Positions 37,946 to 47,016 of a stretch of DNA of 64,000 nucleotides are shown piece after piece; position 1 is the stretch's first letter, and each line of letters begins with the position of its first letter. Under the pieces are notes generated by a model. It was not told the origin of the DNA. It saw only the letters and a list, made by a program, of their open reading frames with translations, and did no database searches. The DNA is taken from the sequence record NC_054929.1. One strand, given 5' to 3'. The translations under genes and the position numbers were made by a program. Source of the stretch: Escherichia phage PE37.

Positions 37946-38308
37946 ATGAAAGCATATCAAATTCTTGAAGGCACACATAAAGGTACTATTTATTTTGAAG
38001 ATGGTATTCAAGCACGAATTATTGTCTCCAAAACCTTTAAAGAGGACTCTTTTGTAGACCCAGAAATTTTCTACGGTTTGCATGCCCGTGAAATTGAAAT
38101 TGAACCACAGCCTACAGTTAAAATTGAAGGTGGTCAACACCTGAACGTTAACGTTCTGCGTCGTGAAACTCTGGAAGATGCAGTTAAGCATCCGGAAAAA
38201 TATCCGCAGCTGACCATCCGTGTATCCGGTTATGCAGTTCGCTTTAACTCTCTGACTCCGGAACAGCAGCGCGACGTTATCGCTCGTACCTTTACTGAGA
38301 GCTTGTAA
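37946..38308 (+). CDS. autonomous glycyl-radical cofactor (GrcA/YfiD-like; T4 Y06I-like)
   Basis: C-terminal 60 aa ([60 protein letters not shown]) matches E. coli GrcA from memory; glycine-radical motif RVSGY. Confidence 0.85.
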   Translation: MKAYQILEGTHKGTIYFEDGIQARIIVSKTFKEDSFVDPEIFYGLHAREIEIEPQPTVKIEGGQHLNVNVLRRETLEDAVKHPEKYPQLTIRVSGYAVRFNSLTPEQQRDVIARTFTESL

Positions 38309-38529
38309 TGGCAAAGATAATTATTGAAGGTTCTAAAGATGTGTTAAATGCTTTCGCCGAGTGGTTTAGTAATTCAGGCGAACAGCAATTTAATGAAGCG
38401 TGGACCATGGGTGATATTGATGGAATTTATCCTACGACAGAAATTTCTGTTCAAGGATATGGCATTCATGAACCTATTCGTTTAGTTGAATATGATTTAT
38501 GTACTGGTGAGGAAGTCAAATATGATTGA
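38308..38529 (+). CDS. hypothetical protein
   Basis: 73 aa ORF, ATGA overlap. Confidence 0.5.
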   Translation: MAKIIIEGSKDVLNAFAEWFSNSGEQQFNEAWTMGDIDGIYPTTEISVQGYGIHEPIRLVEYDLCTGEEVKYD

Positions 38530-38788
38530 AGACATTAAGGGTTATAAGCCACATACTGAAGAGAAAATCGGTAAAGTGAATGCTATCAAAGATGCTGAAG
38601 TTCGTTTAGGACTTATCTTTGACGCTTTATATGATGAATTCTGGGAAGCACTAGATAATTGTGAAGACTGTGAATTCGCGAAGAATTATGCTGAAAGTCT
38701 CGATCAGTTAACTATTGCTAAAACGAAACTCAAAGAAGCCAGTATGTGGGCTTGTCGTGCTGTGTTCCAACCAGAGGAAAAATATTAA
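38522..38788 (+). CDS. hypothetical protein
   Basis: Start at MIEDIKGYK; 88 aa. Confidence 0.5.
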   Translation: MIEDIKGYKPHTEEKIGKVNAIKDAEVRLGLIFDALYDEFWEALDNCEDCEFAKNYAESLDQLTIAKTKLKEASMWACRAVFQPEEKY

Positions 38789-39066
38789 TGGCTCAATTAA
38801 GCGCAGGGTTTGGTTATGAGTATTATACTGCCCCTCGTCGTGCATCTGTTGCTCCTAAGAAAATTCAAAGTCTTGATGACTTCCAAGAAGTAGTCCGTAA
38901 AGCTTTTCAGGACTATGCACGTTATCTTAAAGAAGATTCACAGGACTGTCTCGAAGAAGATGAAATTGCTTACTATACGCAGCGTCTTGAACAGCTCAAA
39001 AATCTACATGAGGTTCGTGCAGAAGTTTCAAAGTCTATGAATAAATTGATTAGATTTAAAGAATAA
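38788..39066 (+). CDS. hypothetical protein
   Basis: Start at [10 protein letters not shown] (TAATG overlap); 92 aa. Confidence 0.5.
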   Translation: MAQLSAGFGYEYYTAPRRASVAPKKIQSLDDFQEVVRKAFQDYARYLKEDSQDCLEEDEIAYYTQRLEQLKNLHEVRAEVSKSMNKLIRFKE

Positions 39067-39068
39067 CT

Positions 39069-39098
39069 GTTTACTTTTCCTCTTGACTGTGGTATAAT
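39069..39098 (+). promoter_or_regulatory. early promoter upstream of regB
   Basis: GTTTAC-18-TATAAT. Confidence 0.6.
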
Positions 39099-39125
39099 TT
39101 TTCTATCAGTTAAGAGGAGAATAAC

Positions 39126-39587
39126 ATGACTATCAATACAGAAGTTTTTATCCGTCGAAATAAGCTTCGTCGTCACTTTGAGTCGGAGTTTCGTCAAATT
39201 AACAATGAGATTCGTGAGGCATCAAAAGCAGCAGGGGTCTCATCGTTTCATCTAAAATATTCTCAGCATCTTCTTGATCGTGCAATTCAACGGGAGATTG
39301 ATGAGACATATGTTTTTGAATTATTCCACAAAATAAAAGACCATGTTTTAGAAGTTAATGAATTCCTGAGTATGCCTCCGCGTCCTGACATTGACGAGGA
39401 TTTTATTGATGGGGTTGAATATCGTCCTGGGCGTTTGGAAATTACAGATGGAAATCTTTGGCTTGGATTTACAGTTTGTAAGCCTAATGAGAAGTTCAAA
39501 AACCCGTCACTTCAATGCAGGATGGCAATTATCAACAGTCGTCGTTTACCAGGAAAGGCTTCTAAAGCAGTAATTAAAACTCAATGA
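39126..39587 (+). CDS. regB: RegB site-specific endoribonuclease
   Basis: 153 aa, MTINTEVFIRRNKLRRHFESEFRQ, matches T4 RegB from memory. Confidence 0.9.
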   Translation: MTINTEVFIRRNKLRRHFESEFRQINNEIREASKAAGVSSFHLKYSQHLLDRAIQREIDETYVFELFHKIKDHVLEVNEFLSMPPRPDIDEDFIDGVEYRPGRLEITDGNLWLGFTVCKPNEKFKNPSLQCRMAIINSRRLPGKASKAVIKTQ

Positions 39588-39594
39588 GGTAAGC

Positions 39595-40140
39595 ATGAGA
39601 AAAGCACTACTCGCTGGTCTATTGGCCATTTCAATGATGGCACATAGCTCCGAGCATACTTTCAGTAATGTCCAACTCGATAACATGCGTTACGCGTATC
39701 AATTCGGGGAACAATTTTCTAAGGATGGAAAATATAAAACACACAAAAATATCCACAAGAGCGGATTAGGTCATATAATGGCTGCTATTTTATGGCAAGA
39801 AAGCTCTGGCGGAGTTAATTTAAAATCTAAACCAAAGCATCACGCCTACGGAATGTTCCAAAATTATTTGCCTACTATGCGAGCAAGAGTTAAGGAACTT
39901 GGTTATAATATGACCGATGCTGAAATAAAAAGAATGTTGAATAAACGGTCCAATTCAGCTTCCTGGGCGTACATTGAACTTTCTTATTGGTTAAATATAC
40001 ATAAGGGCGATATAAGAAAAGCAATATCCTCTTATAATTCGGGATGGAATGTTAAAGCAGGTTCTAAATATGCTTCTGAAGTCCTAGAAAAGGCTAATTA
40101 CCTTAAAAATAATAAACTTTTGGAAATAGTAAATGACTAA
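39595..40140 (+). CDS. secreted lytic transglycosylase-like protein
   Basis: Signal peptide MRKALLAGLLAISMMAHS; SLT-like motifs LWQESSGG ... AYGMFQ. Confidence 0.65.
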   Translation: MRKALLAGLLAISMMAHSSEHTFSNVQLDNMRYAYQFGEQFSKDGKYKTHKNIHKSGLGHIMAAILWQESSGGVNLKSKPKHHAYGMFQNYLPTMRARVKELGYNMTDAEIKRMLNKRSNSASWAYIELSYWLNIHKGDIRKAISSYNSGWNVKAGSKYASEVLEKANYLKNNKLLEIVND

Positions 40141-40474
40141 AATTTTGGTTTTATGTATAGGATTAATTTCATTTTCTGCGTTAGCAAATACATCATATAC
40201 TGAAATTAGAGAGTATGTAAACCGTACTGCCGCGGATTATTGCGGGAAAAATAAAGCATGCCAAGCTGAATTTGCGCAGAAATTAATATATGCATATAAA
40301 GACGGAGAAAGAGATAAATCAAGCAGATACAAAAATGATACATTGTTAAAACGATATGCTAAAAAGTGGAATACCTTAGAATGTTCAGTTGCGGAGGAGA
40401 AAGATAAAGCCGCTTGTCATTCAATGGTTGACCGTTTAGTAGATTCTTATAATCGAGGATTGAGTACTAGATGA
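40133..40474 (+). CDS. secreted small protein
   Basis: Signal peptide MTKILVLCIGLISFSALA, 4 Cys. Confidence 0.5.
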   Translation: MTKILVLCIGLISFSALANTSYTEIREYVNRTAADYCGKNKACQAEFAQKLIYAYKDGERDKSSRYKNDTLLKRYAKKWNTLECSVAEEKDKAACHSMVDRLVDSYNRGLSTR

Positions 40475-40950
40475 TTGTAAAATATATCAAGGGCGATATT
40501 GTCGCCCTATTTCTTCAAGGTAATATTATTGCGCACGGGTGCAATTGTTTTCATACTATGGGTTCAGGTGTAGCGGGTCAATTAGCAAGAGCCTATCCTA
40601 AAATTTTAGAAATAGATAAAACCACTACTGAGTACGGTTCTCGTGATAAATTAGGCGATATGTCTATTGTTTTTAAACATAATCCTACGGGATTTGGTAT
40701 ATGCTATAACCTGTATACGCAATACGAACCGGGTCCTAATCTTGATTATGGTGCTTTAGTAAACTGCATGATAGAATTAAATCTACAGGCAGAAACCCTT
40801 TTGTTTAAACCAGTAATTTACATTCCACGCATAGGTTGTGGTATTGCTGGCGGTGATTGGGATAAGGTTTCTAAATTAATCGACATGTTTACTCCTGATA
40901 TTGATTTAATAGTGGTGGATTATGAAAGTACATTACCCGCATCCGTTTGA
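40471..40950 (+). CDS. macro-domain protein (TARG1/OARD1-like)
   Basis: Motif HGCNCFHTMGSGVAGQ typical of terminal ADP-ribose glycohydrolase macro domains; 159 aa. Confidence 0.7.
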   Translation: MIVKYIKGDIVALFLQGNIIAHGCNCFHTMGSGVAGQLARAYPKILEIDKTTTEYGSRDKLGDMSIVFKHNPTGFGICYNLYTQYEPGPNLDYGALVNCMIELNLQAETLLFKPVIYIPRIGCGIAGGDWDKVSKLIDMFTPDIDLIVVDYESTLPASV

Positions 40951-41134
40951 TCCTAAAAACAAAGTGGAAATTATTCGTCAATGGGAACGCATTTGCCGTA
41001 CTAAATGCCCAATTAATAGTCCACATGATGTAGATAAAGACTATATTGGAACATTCGTTGAATATACCTTTATTGATAGGAAAGGTCGTAAACAACATGT
41101 AGAAGAATATTGCTTAAAGGTTACATGGTTATGA
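40922..41134 (+). CDS. hypothetical protein
   Basis: 70 aa ORF. Confidence 0.4.
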   Translation: MKVHYPHPFDPKNKVEIIRQWERICRTKCPINSPHDVDKDYIGTFVEYTFIDRKGRKQHVEEYCLKVTWL

Positions 41135-41337
41135 GCCAAACTAGTATTCTTAAAAATGCTCATTGTGAAAAGTGTGAATGGCCAGTTGTTTTTGCTTTAT
41201 GTAATGATGAAATGGCTTGTGATTTCGATTATTGGTGCTATTGTTCCAATAAAGGATGCATCAATCATAAAGGTGAAGGATTTTATTCAGGATTTTATCC
41301 TTATCCTGATTTCGTTAAAGAAGGTAAACCGAAATGA
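41125..41337 (+). CDS. Cys-rich small protein (putative zinc-binding)
   Basis: CEKCEW...CNDEMACDFDYWCYCSNKGC. Confidence 0.45.
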   Translation: MVMSQTSILKNAHCEKCEWPVVFALCNDEMACDFDYWCYCSNKGCINHKGEGFYSGFYPYPDFVKEGKPK

Positions 41338-41503
41338 ATAGTTTTGAGTTACAATATGAAGTGTTACGTGAGCTTGATAATTTAATTGAACTCGCTGCTA
41401 ATAAAGGTTTTGCCATTGGAATCGGTCAAAAAGATACTGACCATTTAACTACGGAAATATTTAAGCAAAAGCGAATTATTTTAAAACTCCTGGAAATTAA
41501 TAT

Positions 41504-41689
41504 ATGAGTCTGAGTAAAGAACAAAAAGATAAATTGTTTGAGCTTATCCATGAACTTCTAGATGAGCATGCAGAAGCAAACACCTTTTATGATGAATACG
41601 GCCCGCTATCTCCCGAACAACAAGAAGAATTTGCTGACCGGTTTGATAAGAAAGAAAACGAATTAATAGCTTATGTGAATACGCTTTAA
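41504..41689 (+). CDS. hypothetical small helical protein
   Basis: 61 aa, MSLSKEQKDKLFELIHEL. Confidence 0.45.
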   Translation: MSLSKEQKDKLFELIHELLDEHAEANTFYDEYGPLSPEQQEEFADRFDKKENELIAYVNTL

Positions 41690-41698
41690 GAAGGTGAT

Positions 41699-42280
41699 AT
41701 GGCGAGTTTAATTTTTACTTATGCAGCAATGAATGCTGGAAAATCTGCTTCTCTTTTGACTGCTGCACATAATTATAAAGAACGTGGAATGAGTGTATTA
41801 GTTCTTAAGCCTGCTATTGATACTCGCGATTCTGTCTGTGAAGTTGTTTCTCGCATTGGAATTAAACAGGAAGCGAATATTATTACAGATGATATGGATA
41901 TTTTCGAGTTCTATAAATGGGCTGAAGCACAAAAAGATATTCATTGTGTATTTGTAGATGAAGCTCAGTTTTTAAAAACTGAACAAGTGCATCAATTGAG
42001 CCGAATTGTTGATACATATAATGTTCCTGTTATGGCTTATGGATTAAGGACTGATTTCGCTGGAAAATTGTTTGAAGGTTCTAAAGAACTTTTAGCGATT
42101 GCAGATAAACTTATTGAACTAAAGGCAGTTTGTCATTGCGGCAAAAAAGCGATTATGACAGCTCGATTAATGGAAGATGGAACACCAGTTAAAGAAGGTA
42201 ATCAAATCTGTATTGGTGATGAAATTTATGTTTCTTTGTGCAGAAAACATTGGAATGAATTAACTAAAAAGCTCGGTTAG
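41699..42280 (+). CDS. tk: thymidine kinase
   Basis: 193 aa, P-loop NAGKSASLL, zinc ribbon CHCGKKA...C. Confidence 0.95.
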   Translation: MASLIFTYAAMNAGKSASLLTAAHNYKERGMSVLVLKPAIDTRDSVCEVVSRIGIKQEANIITDDMDIFEFYKWAEAQKDIHCVFVDEAQFLKTEQVHQLSRIVDTYNVPVMAYGLRTDFAGKLFEGSKELLAIADKLIELKAVCHCGKKAIMTARLMEDGTPVKEGNQICIGDEIYVSLCRKHWNELTKKLG

Positions 42281-42322
42281 TGCAAAAGTTATAAATAGGT
42301 TTATCTAACTAAAGGGGTATAT

Positions 42323-42535
42323 ATGCTACAATTAACTGAAAAGCAACTTCGCAATCTTACTGTTCTTCAATTAGATGAAATTCGTAGGGAAGTTGGAAAT
42401 ATCATTTCAGCTTTGCGTCGAGAAGTATCACTCAACCAATCTCCGGCAGACTATACTAGATTGCGAAATTTTGAAAAATACCTTGATAAAGTTAAGGCCG
42501 TGCATCGGCATAAAGTAAATACAGGACAAAAATGA
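42323..42535 (+). CDS. hypothetical protein
   Basis: 70 aa ORF, RBS AAAGGGG. Confidence 0.45.
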
Positions 42536-42547
42536 TAGGAGGCCTTT

Positions 42548-42841
42548 ATGGCCTTAAAAGCAACGGCACTATTTGCCATGCTAGGATTAGCGTTTGCTTT
42601 ATCTCCACCGATTGAAGCGAATGTCGATCCTCATTTTGATAAATTTATGGAATCTGGCATTAGACATGTTTATATGCTTTTTGAAAATAAAAGCGTAGAA
42701 TCATCTGAACAGTTCTATAGTTTTATGCGAACGACCTATAAAAATGACCCGTGCTCTTCCGATTTTGAATGTATAGAGCGAGGCGCGGAGATGGCACAAT
42801 CATACGCTAGAATTATGAACATTAAATTGGAGACTGAATGA
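42548..42841 (+). CDS. rI: lysis inhibition regulator RI (antiholin)
   Basis: 97 aa, MALKATALFAMLGLAFALSPPIEA signal-anchor; matches T4 RI from memory. Confidence 0.9.
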   Translation: MALKATALFAMLGLAFALSPPIEANVDPHFDKFMESGIRHVYMLFENKSVESSEQFYSFMRTTYKNDPCSSDFECIERGAEMAQSYARIMNIKLETE

Positions 42842-43224
42842 AATTCAGCGACTTTTCACAAAGTGGAAAACCTTCAAAGGCAGATGAATACTTAGGTTTA
42901 TTAATGGCTGCACAAGCTTATTTTCATTCTGCACATTTTGAAACTAAAAGTTATGCTAGACACAAAGCATACGATTTTATTTTCTCCGAGTTGCCAGATT
43001 TGATTGATAAATTTGGTGAGCAATATTTGGGGTATTCTGGTAGAAAATACACACCTTCAATTCCAGATGCCAGTAAACTTCCTACCGACACAATTAAAAT
43101 GATTGATCGCATACTAGACCAATCTAACAGCATTTATAAAGAAATGCCTCCAGCCATCCAAAGCACGATAGATGATATTACTGGAATGTTTTACCAGAGT
43201 AAATATCTTCTTTCCCTCGAATAA
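42838..43224 (+). CDS. hypothetical protein (rI-adjacent)
   Basis: 128 aa, ATGA overlap with rI. Confidence 0.55.
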
Positions 43225-43228
43225 CATT

Positions 43229-43251
43229 AGTCTCCTTCGGGAGACTTTTTT
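43229..43251 (+). terminator. rho-independent terminator (UUCG hairpin)
   Basis: GTCTCCTTCGGGAGAC + TTTTTTC. Confidence 0.7.
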
Positions 43252-43261
43252 CATTTTACCG

Positions 43262-43292
43262 GTTTACTTTCCATTTGAGCTGTGATACTATA
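43262..43292 (+). promoter_or_regulatory. early promoter in repeated block
   Basis: GTTTAC ... gtgaTACTATacaactatc. Confidence 0.55.
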
Positions 43293-43319
43293 CAACTATC
43301 GGATAAAGAGGAGAACATC

Positions 43320-43508
43320 ATGAAAATTGAAGCACTTAATCAAGAAGGAAATATCTACGTCATTATTAATGGTGATTTTTTCGTCGACATGGATGAAGTT
43401 ACTAGTGAAGAACTTGTAGAACTTCTTAAGAAACGTTATAATATGTGTGATGAAGTTGCAACTCACATGGCGTGTGCAATATTCTCTCTTTCATATGTGG
43501 TGGAATAA
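43320..43508 (+). CDS. hypothetical small protein
   Basis: Start at [10 protein letters not shown] after GAGGAGAA RBS. Confidence 0.45.
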
Positions 43509-43711
43509 TGATTAGTATTGAACAAGCAGATAAAATTAAGGAATTAGTGGCTTCAATTCGTAAAGCAGATGAAGAGCTGATTGACTTTGATTGGTATTCA
43601 TCGGGTATTTCTAATAAAGGCATTAAAGACTTTGAAACTAAAGTGGATAATGCTATAGAAGCGTTAGATATGTTTCTTGATGAAATTATCGATCATAATA
43701 CAAGAGTGTAA
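43508..43711 (+). CDS. hypothetical small helical protein
   Basis: [17 protein letters not shown]..., ATGA overlap. Confidence 0.45.
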   Translation: MISIEQADKIKELVASIRKADEELIDFDWYSSGISNKGIKDFETKVDNAIEALDMFLDEIIDHNTRV

Positions 43712-43713
43712 GT

Positions 43714-43908
43714 ATGCTAACACGCGAACAGTTTGAAAAAATCATTAAATTAGCACGTGATATTGAAATAGATTCATATCAATTAGCAGTTGAGCATTGT
43801 GAAGGATATTCATACGACGGTATAGAAGCAGCTAAAAAGGATTTGGATAAATCTAAAGCTAAGCTAGTTCAATATCTTGAAATGATTAGGTGGAATAATG
43901 AAAACTGA
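43714..43908 (+). CDS. hypothetical small helical protein
   Basis: MLTREQFEKIIKLARDI..., 64 aa. Confidence 0.45.
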   Translation: MLTREQFEKIIKLARDIEIDSYQLAVEHCEGYSYDGIEAAKKDLDKSKAKLVQYLEMIRWNNEN

Positions 43909-44071
43909 AAAGCAGATGTTTTTAATGAAACTAATTGAAGAATATGCTAATGCAGTTTCTGACTATGAATGTTCTTCTCGGGAAAGAGGTACAGCTTTCG
44001 CCAAAGAAGAAATGAAAATCATGGTTGATGCTCACACAAAGCTTCAGAATTTTATTGAAAACGTCATTTAA
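43898..44071 (+). CDS. hypothetical small helical protein
   Basis: MKTEKQMFLMKLIEEYAN..., 57 aa, below track cutoff. Confidence 0.4.
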   Translation: MKTEKQMFLMKLIEEYANAVSDYECSSRERGTAFAKEEMKIMVDAHTKLQNFIENVI

Positions 44072-44073
44072 TG

Positions 44074-44106
44074 GTTTACAAGTTGGCAAGGTTATGGTAT
44101 AGTAAT
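44074..44106 (+). promoter_or_regulatory. early promoter
   Basis: GTTTAC ... ggTATAGTAAT. Confidence 0.5.
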
Positions 44107-44235
44107 CTTGTCAACTGCCAAGGAGAAGAGAATGAAAGTTTTGTTTGTTATATATGTGATGATTCAATATAATTACCCAATGTTTACTTATAATTTGGTG
44201 AATAACATTATTGATATTATTCAAAGGAGTATGTA

Positions 44236-44421
44236 ATGACAAGTGAGCAGGCTTTTAAATTAAGAGAATTAATTGAGACGTATAGTAGAGCTGTTCATAC
44301 ATCAACAATTATTGATGAATCAGCTTTCTCCGGACATGCTAACAAGATTAAATACAAAACTCTTATGGAAGAAGCTAAAGTAAATCTTGATTGTTATATT
44401 GAAACTTTAATTGGTAAATAA
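44236..44421 (+). CDS. hypothetical small helical protein
   Basis: MTSEQAFKLRELIETYS..., 61 aa. Confidence 0.45.
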   Translation: MTSEQAFKLRELIETYSRAVHTSTIIDESAFSGHANKIKYKTLMEEAKVNLDCYIETLIGK

Positions 44422-44422
44422 T

Positions 44423-44965
44423 ATGAAAGCTGTAATTGAAACAACTGATTTGTTCGGTAATCTAGTTATCGAAAAACGCGGTAATGTATATGTTCTGACG
44501 CAGGAAGACGATAGTATTATTATTCTTCCTATGGAACTGGCTGCGATTTTATCTTATGCTCCCTCAAGAGTTACCGGTGTAACTAATATTACAGACGACC
44601 TCCAAGTTCGTTTTTATCGTGGCCTTTACGGCGGTAATATTGAAACTGAATTTATGTGTCTTTCTATCAACAATTGGGCAACATTCGTTGCCAAGGTGAA
44701 AGAATTCTTGGAATCTGAAACAGTCGAAACACCCGAAAAGGCTAAACTTCAATGGGCTAAAGATCGCGGTGCTAGCATTATTAATCCAGTAGCTGCAAAT
44801 TATACTACGACTTTGGATGTCAAGACTTCTTATGAAGATGGCGATGTCGTACTTGTTCGCCAAATTGATGATTCTCGAGCACATATTGTCACATTTACCA
44901 AAGATGAAGCTATTGCACTAAAGACTTATCTTGATTCTGTCATTCCAACTATGATTTCAAAGTGA
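44423..44965 (+). CDS. hypothetical protein (paralog pair member 1)
   Basis: Start at MKAVIETTDL; C-terminus EAIALKTYLDSVIPTMISK. Confidence 0.55.
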   Translation: MKAVIETTDLFGNLVIEKRGNVYVLTQEDDSIIILPMELAAILSYAPSRVTGVTNITDDLQVRFYRGLYGGNIETEFMCLSINNWATFVAKVKEFLESETVETPEKAKLQWAKDRGASIINPVAANYTTTLDVKTSYEDGDVVLVRQIDDSRAHIVTFTKDEAIALKTYLDSVIPTMISK

Positions 44966-44971
44966 GGAAAT

Positions 44972-45493
44972 ATGTTTATTTCAAGTGGAAGTGGTTTAAT
45001 TCGTGTTGAATTTAAAAATGACATCTTTCTTATTCAAGGAGATGATATTATTAAAATGAGTTATGACGAAATCAAGAAAATTTGTCATGCTCTTGAAAGT
45101 CATGGAAAAGTGAACGCTGTTATTGATATTGGCGATTTATGGGTGACACTTTATGAAGTATCCGAAGGATTTAACATTGAAGATGAAAATAACATTTTAG
45201 CTATTGATAAAAGAACTGATTTGTTTGATGTATTAAAAGTTTATGAACAGTCAAATGGCGGAAGAAAAGCTGTATTGATTTATCAAAAACCGCATTCATG
45301 TGGAACTGCTTCAATCATTTCAAATATTGAAGGCGAAGTTGATACTTATATGTGTGTTTTAAAAGCTGGTGGTGACCGTCATCCGGATTTTATTTCTATT
45401 CGTCAAAACAATGGAGAAATTTCATTGTCAAAATCAGAAGCTGAAGCTATGATTAAGTATTTAACAACCGTTACGCCTTCAATGAAAGGATAG
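44972..45493 (+). CDS. hypothetical protein (paralog pair member 2)
   Basis: 173 aa; C-terminus EAEAMIKYLTTVTPSMKG resembles upstream neighbour. Confidence 0.55.
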   Translation: MFISSGSGLIRVEFKNDIFLIQGDDIIKMSYDEIKKICHALESHGKVNAVIDIGDLWVTLYEVSEGFNIEDENNILAIDKRTDLFDVLKVYEQSNGGRKAVLIYQKPHSCGTASIISNIEGEVDTYMCVLKAGGDRHPDFISIRQNNGEISLSKSEAEAMIKYLTTVTPSMKG

Positions 45494-45495
45494 TT

Positions 45496-45957
45496 ATGAT
45501 TATTAATGAAAACTCTTGGCACTATAAATTATTCAAATTGTTTAACGATGAATGGCAACGACCTAAGACACTATGTGCATACTTTTGGTCTATTGTTATC
45601 CCTACATTTTTCGTTTCTTTTTTCGGATGCACTATACTCGCAGGTCTAACTATCATCTGTGCAGAAATCATACAGAAATGGCTTATTTTTGGTAGTTTAT
45701 GGACTCTTATTCCATCAGCATTTATACTTGCTATTTTGCTTGTTTTACTTATTATCGGTTCATTTGTTATTCCTGTACATTTGCATGAAAAATATAAAGA
45801 TTATAAATGGAAAAAGGATTATGCTTTACACGTAGAAAATATTGATAGAGCGTATAAAGGTTTACCTCCTATTCAACCCAAGAAATCTATTATCGTCGAA
45901 TTTTTAAAAGCGCGTAAAGCTAAAGTATGTCCTGTTATTGAATATAAGGCTGAATGA
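45496..45957 (+). CDS. membrane protein
   Basis: 153 aa, 2-3 hydrophobic helices. Confidence 0.55.
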   Translation: MIINENSWHYKLFKLFNDEWQRPKTLCAYFWSIVIPTFFVSFFGCTILAGLTIICAEIIQKWLIFGSLWTLIPSAFILAILLVLLIIGSFVIPVHLHEKYKDYKWKKDYALHVENIDRAYKGLPPIQPKKSIIVEFLKARKAKVCPVIEYKAE

Positions 45958-46967
45958 TGAAAACAGTAATGAAAAGTTATTTTGGTAGTCATCTTTATGG
46001 AACTTCTACCCCAGAATCTGATGTAGATTTTAAAGAAATCTTTGTTCCTCCTGCTCGCGATATTCTTATTGGAAATGTCAAAGAGCATATGAGTAAAAAC
46101 ACTAACAACACATCATCTAAAAACACTAAAGATGATATTGACCATGAACTATACAGTCTTAAGTATTTCTTTAAATTAGCAGCAGATGGTGAAACTGTAG
46201 CGTTAGATATGCTTCACACTCCGCCTGAACTAGTGGTTAAATCTGATTTGCCTGATGTATGGAAGTTTATTCAAGACAATCGTTCTCGTTTTTATACGAC
46301 TAACATGAAATCCTACTTAGGATATGTTCGCAAGCAAGCTTCTAAATACGGTGTTAAGGGTTCTCGTTTGGCTGCATTACGTGATGTATTGAAAGTAGTT
46401 AATCAAATCCCCGATCAGTGGGTTGATTACCGAGAAGATGGAACACAAGGACAACGTCGCACTAAAGTTGAAGATATTAAGCATCGTCTTCCAGAAAACG
46501 AATTCTGTGAATGGGTGTTCCATAATCATGAGAAAACAGGTCCACAAACGTTCTACACTGTATTGGGTCGTAAATATCAGACAACGCTTTCTCTTATTGA
46601 GCTTAAGCAGTCTTTGAATAAACTTGATGCTGAATATGGTGAACGCGCTCGTAAGGCTGAAGCCAATGAAGGTATTGACTGGAAAGCTCTGAGCCATGCT
46701 TGTCGTGGTGGACTCCAACTATTGGAAATTTACAAAACTGGCGACTTAGTTTATCCACTCCAAGATGCTCCATTTATTCTCGACGTGAAGCTGGGTAAAC
46801 ATCCATTTAAAACTGTTCAAGAGTTTTTGGAAGATGTGGTCGATCAAGTAGAAGCAGCATCTACTGAAGCTTCTAAGAATGGTATGCCTAAAACAGTAGA
46901 TATGAGCTTTTGGAATAATTTCCTCGAACAGGTTTATCTTGAAAACCACCGAAGTTATTATAAATGA
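45954..46967 (+). CDS. Pol-beta-type nucleotidyltransferase-like protein
   Basis: N-terminal motif FGSHLYGTSTPESDVDF fits the GS-x(9-13)-DxD NTase signature; 337 aa. Confidence 0.6.
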   Translation: MMKTVMKSYFGSHLYGTSTPESDVDFKEIFVPPARDILIGNVKEHMSKNTNNTSSKNTKDDIDHELYSLKYFFKLAADGETVALDMLHTPPELVVKSDLPDVWKFIQDNRSRFYTTNMKSYLGYVRKQASKYGVKGSRLAALRDVLKVVNQIPDQWVDYREDGTQGQRRTKVEDIKHRLPENEFCEWVFHNHEKTGPQTFYTVLGRKYQTTLSLIELKQSLNKLDAEYGERARKAEANEGIDWKALSHACRGGLQLLEIYKTGDLVYPLQDAPFILDVKLGKHPFKTVQEFLEDVVDQVEAASTEASKNGMPKTVDMSFWNNFLEQVYLENHRSYYK

Positions 46968-46969
46968 TA

Positions 46970-46993
46970 GGGAGCCTTCGGGCTCCCTTTTTA
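46970..46993 (+). terminator. rho-independent terminator (UUCG hairpin)
   Basis: GGGAGCCTTCGGGCTCCC + TTTTTAT. Confidence 0.75.
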
Positions 46994-47016
46994 TTTCAAA
47001 AATTTTTCACAAAGTT

